This document shows positions 46,960 to 64,000 of a stretch of 64,000 bases of DNA, piece after piece. Both the position numbers and the translations under genes were made by a program. The notes below the pieces were generated by a model, which was not told where the DNA came from, made no database searches, and was given only the letters and a program-made list of their open reading frames with translations. The DNA is from Macrostomum lignano. Lineage: Eukaryota. The first letter of the stretch is position 1. Each line of letters starts with the position of its first letter. The stretch covers positions 1 to 64,000 of the forward strand of contig NIVC01003891.1 in assembly GCA_002269645.1 (NCBI GenBank), written 5' to 3'.

Positions 46960-47262
46960 CTATAGAGAAGAGGAGAGAGGAGATACGAGAGGATAGAAGA
47001 GAGAGGAGAGGATAGAAGAGAAGAGAAAAGAGACGAGAGAGGAGAGGAGAGAAGAGACGCGAGACGAGAGAGGAGATACGAGAGGAGAGACGAGAGAGGA
47101 GAGGATAGAAGAGAAGAGAAAAGAGACGAGAGAGACGAGAGGAGAGAAGAGAAGAGGAGAGAAAAGAGAGGAGATTATTAGAGAGAAGAAAGCTGAGAAG
47201 AGACGCAAGCCTGGAGCGGGCCGGATTGCTGTTGTAAATTCCAAAGGACCCGAGTAGGTTTA
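46960..47262 (-). repeat. GA-rich tract plus a dispersed repeat shared with 63058-63130
   Basis: Reverse complement ctcgggtcctttg..agcaa.ccggcccgctc.ag..ttctcagct matches 63058-63125; both are followed by TC-rich sequence. Confidence 0.65.
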
Positions 47263-48467
47263 GCTGAATGCTACTAAACTTGAAACTCACCTGGTTGCAT
47301 AGCAGAATCAGCTGATCCGTGCATAGGCCGAATCACTGGCGCCATAATTTGTTAAACAGCTTCAGTCGCCTCAGCTGCTGCTGCTAAATGACGCGCGATC
47401 GGCTACTGGGCTCGCTCACTCACGGTGAGATCTCCAGAACATGCAGGCAGGTAGAAGCAGGGTAGAAAAATTCGGCAACAAGATGTAAAAGATGTAAAAG
47501 ATGCGGCAGAATCAGCCGGGAGTCAACTCCTGGCTGCTCGATTTTTTGCTATCGTTTCTTCTCCTCTCTCTCTCTATCTCGCCCCGAATCTGTCTGCAGG
47601 CCGGAGCACAGCGAGTGCGCGCGCGAGAGAGAGCCCTCCTTGGGGCGCCGGGCGGGAACTTATAGAGATCCCCCTTCCCCGCATGCGTCGATCTCTGCTG
47701 GCGCTCCGCGGCGGCGGGGAGAGGCGGGAACGGAAGGAAAGATGGAGAGAGCGACAGAGAGAAAGAGCCTCGCTGCGTACGGTGCACGGAGGAAGGAAAA
47801 GTGTGTGGGATAAAAATAGAATTAAAGCCTTCATCCAAGGATGCTGGTACCGAGACTCAATCCGAAGGGATTATGGAGATGGAGAAGACGGCCGAGGGAT
47901 AGAGAAAGAGGATAGAAATGCTGGGGCAAGGAAATGCGCCCAGCGCTCAGAATGGCCGAGCCACGTTGAACAGCCTGAGCTGTACTCAACTCAGCCTTCA
48001 GGCCTGCGGCTTAACATCTCCCTCCCCCATCTCGCTGCCTCCTACGCAGAACGAGAGGCTGGCGTCCTACGCTCCCTAAACTCCCCACTTTCTGTGGGCC
48101 TTGCTGAGTCTTTTCATCTTTTCTCCGCTGCCTGCCTGCTTTTGCAGTCTCCCCCGTTTCCTGCCAAAGGCCAGCCAGGCTGCAGGGAGTTGCCGGGCGC
48201 CTCCTGCTTGACTATCGGAGCAAGAGATTGGCGTAGGATGGGGCGGGCATCACAGAGAGTCCTCTCCTCCCTCCCGATCCCGATGTCCCGAGCCCGGCGG
48301 GCTGACTCGGCTGACTCGGTAGGCTATGGGAGCAGCTGAGCCCCCCCCCCTCGGGCAGCTGCAATCTGGGATGGGGCATCCGGGCTGAGGGCTCACAAAT
48401 CAACGAGAGATGAGCTGCAGCACTGCGATGCAGGGCGGAGGCTGGAGGGGCTGGAGAAGAGGCTTGT

Positions 48468-48468
48468 G

Positions 48469-48509
<41 letters not shown>
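48468..48509. repeat. (CA)n microsatellite
   Basis: Direct reading. Confidence 0.97.
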
Positions 48510-48512
<3 letters not shown>

Positions 48513-49181
48513 CGCACCAAGCCTTCTTAGTTTCTGCTGTATGCACGGGGCGCCCTATAGAGGAGCCTCTATTTGTTCCCCCATCGGCCACCTTGCATTA
48601 GCGAGAGGATCGGGAGTGAGTGGAGTGAAATTTGGGAACGGGGAGGATAGGCCGGATCCCCCCTGTGCTCAATGCTCTGCCTAGCAACCAAGCCTGTCAG
48701 TTAATCACCGTGGAGGGACTGAAAACCGCCGTATCCCTTTCCCAACCTCAAATCCACATCCTCTCTGATGGCTGGCCAGGTGCGCTAGCGGAACTATCGG
48801 ATAGTGAGGATGCGAACATCGCCTGCCTGCAGACTCTCATTGTTGCACTTTTTCATACGAACGAATCGCCAAATCCATTTATTTGCGTCATCAAGCTCAG
48901 GACAGGAGAAGCAAAAGCTTTCGTGGTCTGCTTCATTTTCACCCCGAAGACAAATAAACTTCCCAGAAATAGTCTCTTCGTTTAGGATTAAAAAACCTTT
49001 GTAGCTTCGTGTAATTTCATGCGCGTGAAAAATCGATATTTATGCAAAAAGCAAATTACAAAACATAATAGGCCCGAGTCACTTGTTTTCTGTTAATATG
49101 GAGCAGTCTATAAATAAACATTAATATTCGAACACAGGTAACAATGATGGGATTAAGCATACGCAGCAGGGCCCGCTCTGC

Positions 49182-58592
<9,411 letters not shown>

Positions 58593-59609
58593 CGTTATTT
58601 TATTTTAGGATTAATGCGGTTTGTTTAATAAAAACTTTTTTGAATCAGTTTTCAATTCAGTAAATTTTATTTAATATCGTGCGGATTTCAACGGAATCCT
58701 AAAAAAATTATAACTGTTCAACGATACAGATCTATCCAAAAAATAAGTTACTGAAGTTCTTTCAAATAAAATAAAACTATTTACATTAGTTTTGAATCAA
58801 TAATTTGTGTTTAGAAAGTTATTATTGATTAAATAACAAAAAGTAACTGCGCAACTGTGTAAGAATTATGATTAGCATGAATAGTTTAACTTACTACATT
58901 TTAAGTTTTGTTTTAATACTTTATTAACGTCACCTTTACAGTAAAAACTTCCAGATGCCGGGACCTCAGCTTAAAATTAGTAGGTTTATTTGCCATCACT
59001 AGTTAAACGATTAATATTTAAAAGATGTTACTTGTCCTATATACATGGCACTAAAAAGTAAAAAATTAAAATTCGTTGCTTTCTATATATACTGTTTAAC
59101 TCAATCGGAGCACGATCTTTGACTTGTTGGCAGAACTCCCCGGCCCAAAGAATTCAGAATCAGAATAGAAACAGGGCAAAAAAAATGCCTGCAGATGAAA
59201 TTTACCCGTCTAATTTGCACATACTTGTCATGTAAATTTTGTATTTGGATTTCGCATCAATAATTTTTCAATTCTACAATTTGACTGCATCATCAACGCT
59301 TCGCGCGGCGTCAATTATATACTGCATGTAACCATGGGTTTCCTAGTGTATAGTAGGGATGTTCATTATATTAAATCTGCTTGGTTAGGGAGATAGTGCA
59401 TAGTTTTGATATCATTTGTGTACGAAATAATTAAATAATAATCATAACACATTTTAATGTACATGTATATCTCGCATGAGGGCTAAGGATCTCGTAATAA
59501 TACGGTTGAATTTTTTAGCACTTTTTTACCTTATTCTGTAAAAACCATATTAGGCGATGGTGAAATTCGCGCAGGTGGCAACATTACACACGCCTGCTGT
59601 TGTCCGCTG

Positions 59610-59864
59610 TTAATTACATGTATGAACCGCTGGATTTCCCCCTACCCGAAGTTCAGATACACAGCTGTATGCATGGGTTTTATCCCGCATGCACGAGCTG
59701 AATGTCATCCAGCAGTCGTATTTTAACGGATCGACTGCATGAGAAAAGAGCCATACGGGGCTTGAAGAAGTCGCACAGCAGGTTGGCAGCTGCATAGGCC
59801 AATTAGCTTCAAGCACCAGCAATGTCAAACAGCTCAGTGCAGTATTTGCCCAGGTGACACCCAT
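59610..59864 (-). CDS. Candidate small secreted cysteine-rich peptide (84 aa from ATG 59864)
   Basis: Hydrophobic N-terminus (MGVTWANTALSCLTLLVLEA), then a CC...C...C...C...C pattern. No homologue recognised. Confidence 0.4.
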   Translation of the reverse strand: MGVTWANTALSCLTLLVLEANWPMQLPTCCATSSSPVWLFSHAVDPLKYDCWMTFSSCMRDKTHAYSCVSELRVGGNPAVHTCN

Positions 59865-60641
59865 ATATAGTTTCTGTTGCTGCTGCACAGGATGAAAAAA
59901 ATGAATGTTTGACTTGAGACAAAGCGGAGGCGTTTTAGGGGTTTGTGAGGAAGCAATGAAACTGTCGCAATTTTTTCTTCATTAAAGAGCGCGCATGCTC
60001 AAAAATGCTTGCTGCTATTAGGAGAAGCAAAACTTCTATGAGGTAGAATCCACAGGAGCGCCTCTATGACGATCGATGAATACTTTTATTTCTTTAGAAA
60101 GCAGATTTTAATTGCGTGAAAAATGATGATACATTTAAAATGATTCACTGCATGGCGCTGAATGCATGCAGGCTGCTGAGAAAAGGTCCCCTAGCTAGCT
60201 GTATCAATTTTCTCAGTTGAAAAATCTGCTTATGCAAATCAATAAAGCTTAAACACATAGTTTTTGGTCATTTTAAATGGGCCTCTTTATTCGTGTTCTA
60301 TATATTTCCAGAAAAACTTTGTTGCGTCAAAGAATCGAATTTTACAATTAGGAGCATTTATTTATTTTCTTATTATGAAAGGTGTCATAGCTATTACATG
60401 TATATAATCATCATACGATATCTAGTATGTCGATATGAAATTTGTTATAACTAACTAGCTACATGTACATGTAAATAATTATCGTACTTGCAGCCAAAAG
60501 TACAGAAGAATGAAAAAAGCAAATGGAAAAAAATTAGTGCGGAGAATCAATTTGTATGATCGAGTATCTTTACTACTGTACACGTTTCAAAATTTCAAAC
60601 AATCGCGAACGTCTGGTCAGTGTGAAGCTATAATAATAGCG

Positions 60642-61052
60642 TCAATTCTGACTGTCCTGTCGACCAGCGACGGCCGTCATGTCGTTATTCCTAGAAACAA
60701 TTTGCATCAGGTTGGTGAGGGTCGCCTTGACCAGGCAGGCCTGCACAAGGCTAAACGACAGCATAAACAGGATTCTCATTGTGCTGTGGTGCGTGACAAT
60801 GTCCGGATAGCAGGTGACGAGTTTCTCATTGCGATAATAGCTGTGAGAGCAGACGTCGCAGCAGTAGAGAAAGGGGTGGGGATAGGTGGTGGCCTCGCCG
60901 CAGCAGTAGGTCGGACACAGGTAGGACAGGTTCGCCTGGCCGAGGAAATTTTCGTAGCAAATCTCGTCGGCCAGACAGACGGACTTATTGAGAGTCTGGA
61001 TAGCTGTCATGCAGATGATGATGAAGCTCTTCGAGTTACGTAATGACTTCAT
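60642..61052 (-). CDS. Candidate Shisa-like (C-C-CC-CC) small membrane/secreted protein, 136 aa
   Basis: Signal-like N-terminus, then EICYENFLGQANLSYLCPTYCCGEATTYPHPFLYCCDVC, then a hydrophobic stretch (MRILFMLSFSLVQACLV). Confidence 0.55.
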   Translation of the reverse strand: MKSLRNSKSFIIICMTAIQTLNKSVCLADEICYENFLGQANLSYLCPTYCCGEATTYPHPFLYCCDVCSHSYYRNEKLVTCYPDIVTHHSTMRILFMLSFSLVQACLVKATLTNLMQIVSRNNDMTAVAGRQDSQN

Positions 61053-61169
61053 TTTTGTCCGTATTCCAATGAGTTCTTTCAACTGCAAACTCTAAACGTT
61101 TCGCTACTTTCTAGAGTATCTGTTTGACTTATATTTAGTTTTTAAGCTTTTTAGTCTGTGGCTCTAATT

Positions 61170-61460
61170 CTATTCGCTATTCACAGGAGGGCTGTGCATG
61201 AGTGCACCCGACTACCGAGCTCACACGCTCACACGGGGTGTACAGCTGGCGGCCCTGACTTTCTATAATCGTCATACATGATCTACTCTTCTTGTGCCTT
61301 GCGGGGGGTTGGCCTTCAATGGGTGTGAATCGCCCGATCGACAGCCCCGGACCAAATTTGGTGCACAATCCCAAATCAACGATCAGGCCGCGCGTGCACC
61401 CGGAATAGAAGCAGTAGGAGCGGGAGTCAGACGCGCTTAACGCTGAGTTGCTCTGCCCGG
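61170..61460 (-). mobile_element. Older, divergent tRNA-derived SINE-like copy
   Basis: Degenerate A box (aactcagcgtt) and B box (ttctattcc) on the minus strand. The body shares ccaacccccc.caagg and agggccgc..tgtacac with 61570-61923. Confidence 0.5.
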
Positions 61461-61569
61461 CCCTCCCTCATTCTATGTTGCAGATTGCTTATTTAGTCTT
61501 AGGGGTATTTTTATATCAATTTGAAGAACTTTCGCTCCAACCTAAAATCCAACAGACAAAAGCAATCAT

Positions 61570-61923
61570 CTTATTAGAGGCAGGGGGTTGTGTGCACCCT
61601 TGCGCACTTTAAGCGACATAGGCACACAACCGGCGAGAGGCATTACTGCCCATTCCGCCGACTCCCCTGAGCAGGCATACAAGCGCGCGGATACGTACGC
61701 AGGCACACACTCACACAAGAGTGTACAGCGGCCCTAACTTTATATTATCGTTAGGCATGTACACTTCACTGCGCCTTGGGGGGTTGGCTCTCAAGGCCGT
61801 TAATTGCACGAGCAGAGCCAAGCCGAGATTCCAATTCAGCCCCAATTTATGTAACTGCACTTGGAATCGAGCCTGGGTCGCTGGCACACCAGAGCAGCTG
61901 CGCTACCGCTGGGCTACGGCCCC
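61570..61923 (-). mobile_element. tRNA-derived SINE-like element
   Basis: Minus strand starts GGGGCCGTAGCCCAGCGGTAG (A box) ... GGCTCGATTCC (B box), with no matching 3' acceptor strand, followed by a ~290-bp body. Confidence 0.7.
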
Positions 61924-62043
61924 CAAAAAGCAATCCTCCCAATTGTTATTCCGAAATCAACAAGAAAGTCGGACGATTACTATATAGCTAGTTTACCTAA
62001 TAGAGCAGGGGCAAGGACTACTCAAGTAACATATATTTAAATA

Positions 62044-62148
62044 ATAAACGCCGTTTAATTCACATTCTGTGGTTAGAATGTCCGAGGACCATTGATTGTA
62101 GCCGAGGATATTCTAACCACAGACTATGGTGAATTAAGCGGCGTTTAT
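62044..62148. other. ~105-bp imperfect palindrome (hairpin with ~40-bp arms)
   Basis: 62044-62083 is nearly the reverse complement of 62106-62148, with two G:U-type mismatches and a small bulge. Confidence 0.85.
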
Positions 62149-62386
62149 CATATATGAACTTCGATATCTTATTTTTCGGGGGCATCCCATCTGATTGATA
62201 GACATTATAGGCTTAGGCCATTTGATTCCGACCATAGACAAATCAAATACGTTTCTCACAAAGATGCAGTCACGAAGCAGCCAGTCAATCAGTGGTGGCA
62301 AAAAGTAAAAGCCAAATTCAGAGTCGCTTCTTCTTCAAAATAGAATCAAAAATACAATATGGAAGGACGCAACACTCGAAATCTAT

Positions 62387-62994
62387 GGTAAATGTTTTGA
62401 AGGCAACTTTTCGCCGAAAAATACACTACAGAGATAGGAGGTTTTAATTTTTTTCAGCACAAAAATTGTTACTGCTTTCGATAGTAGAAAGACCCAATGT
62501 TCATCTTTTGATATGCTGTGCCTTTCTTTTAGCTCTATTGATATTCATGAAGCTTCTTGTTCAGAAAATTAGGATTCTATGCTAATGTTTTATTCTACGT
62601 ACATCCTGTACCTAAAAATAAAAAAATGCATGGCACTGCTCCAAACTTTGGTTCTATGAATCTATTTTATCATCTCTGTTACACATATTGTTACACAGTC
62701 AGCTAAGAATAACAAAATGGATTCATAAAACCAATGAGCTGAGCCGTGCCATTTTGATGATTTTTAGGCACAGGAGACATGCAAATGTACGTAGAATAAG
62801 AATTGAACATTGAATCCTAATTTTCTGAACAAATGCTTTATGAATATCAATAGAGCTATAAGAAAGGCACAACATATCAAAAGATGAACATTGGGTCTTT
62901 CTCCTATCGAAAGCAATAACAATTTTTGTGCTGAAAAAATTAAAACCTCCTATCCCTGTAGTGTATTTTTCGGCTTGCCTTCAAAACATTTACC
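62387..62994. mobile_element. ~608-bp foldback MITE (palindromic almost to its centre at ~62690)
   Basis: ggtaaatgttttgaaggcaa.. versus ..ttgccttcaaaacatttacc. About 190 bp of strong inverted identity, with weaker identity continuing inward. Confidence 0.85.
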
Positions 62995-63011
62995 CTTGAG
63001 TTGTCCTTGAG

Positions 63012-63130
63012 CAGGGGTCGGCAAACTCCGGCCTGCGAAGCCGATCTCTATCCGGCCCTCGGGTCCTTTGAAACTTCACCAATATAGCAACCCGGCCCGC
63101 TCAAGATTGACATCTTTTCTCAGCTCTCTT
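63012..63130 (+). mobile_element. hAT (Charlie-like) left end followed by a dispersed repeat
   Basis: caggggtcggcaaactccggcctgcg resembles the MER58-type hAT terminus CAGGGGTCGGCAAACT. No right end found. Confidence 0.55.
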
Positions 63131-64000
63131 TCTGTTTCCTTCTCCATTGTCTTACATGTACGAGTATCGCTCTTCTCCGTTCTCGTCTTATCTTTTCTCT
63201 CATTCATTAATTCATATCTTATCTATCCGATCCTTGTTATCTCCTTTCTCCTGTAGAGCTTCTCAGCAGACAGCATCCAATGCGGATTCGAACTCCTGTG
63301 AGCTGCATTGTCCTCAGCTGCATGACAGGTTGCAGCCAATCGGATTGCCGCCGATTTCTGTATAAATATCTAGCATTACCGTGCAGTCAGATTCCTGCTG
63401 CACTGCAGGTAGAGACAACTTCTATATGCAGAGGAGACCTCCGACTCAAGCTCCACTCTCAGTGCAACTCCTGTCGCTCGCTCTGATTCGGACCAGCACT
63501 CGCAAACGAAGACTGCCAGCTAGCTAAGTGAAAGAAGGGACGAAACAGAAGAGAACTAAAAGGAACAAATTGACAGCCAGCCATCCGTTCAGCCGCTGCA
63601 CACGATCGCCTTGGCCCGGTGAGTGCCCTAACGGCCCCGACGGAAATTATAACCGTAGATGTCCCCAGCGGGTTTCTTCGGTAGCTATGCGGTAGCAGAT
63701 TGATTAATCCGCCTTATTTCTGGCAACGCGAGTTAATGTCCGCAAAACAGGACGCATTAGCCTCAATAATGGTGATAAAAATCACATTTATATCGAAGCC
63801 TACAGCGCGGCAACTTTTTTATGGTTGAGCAATGCCAAGAAATCAGAATGTTATTGCTTTCACTGCATCAGAACACGTGCATTTCCACCTTTGAATTATG
63901 AATATCCCGGATACCGAATCGGCCATAGCCTTGCATTTCTTCCTAAAGTTATGCCTTTGCTTTTCAATCAAAGCCACAGACAGAAGCAGATAATAAGATA

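Noticed and set aside
59205-59232. MTSMCKLDG as the first exon of MORN1
   Set aside because: It ends in phase 2, but exon 2 needs phase 1. Exon 58592-58535 (MENDLKDVYIGERANQQKNG) fits the phase and the MORN pattern.
60510-61043. 177-aa plus-strand ORF
   Set aside because: Antisense shadow of the Cys-rich minus-strand ORF, with no recognisable domain.
61855-61923. Functional tRNA gene
   Set aside because: The 3' acceptor strand does not pair with GGGGCCG, the T-loop is altered, and the sequence continues into a repeat body shared with a neighbour, so it is treated as a SINE head.

Overview
Eukaryotic (metazoan) DNA, not prokaryotic. It has GC-rich exons, GT-AG introns, and very dense micro- and minisatellites. 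The style suggests a flatworm such as Macrostomum, but that is inference only. Spliced genes reconstructed by hand: the 3' part of WDR1/AIP1 (+), ETHE1 (+, one apparent +1 frameshift), eIF6 (+), an orphan PH-domain/coiled-coil gene (+, 5 exons, one apparent -1 frameshift), synaptotagmin-4/11 (-, 3 coding exons), MORN1 (-, 10 exons) and two small Cys-rich ORFs (-). Mobile DNA: a complete, very young 4.63-kb Gypsy LTR retrotransposon (matching 358-bp LTRs, ATTAG TSD, intact ORF), a 63-bp hAT remnant with an 8-bp TSD, a ~600-bp foldback MITE, two tRNA-derived SINE-like copies and other dispersed repeats. The most unexplained structure is an ~8.7-kb unit at 17.1-25.8 kb. It is bounded by imperfect inverted repeats, sits between two (CTGT)n tracts, and holds a hierarchical array of about 40 double-palindrome cores plus 10 long modules. 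No CRISPR array, full rRNA gene or intact tRNA gene is supported. All alignments and counts were done by eye.
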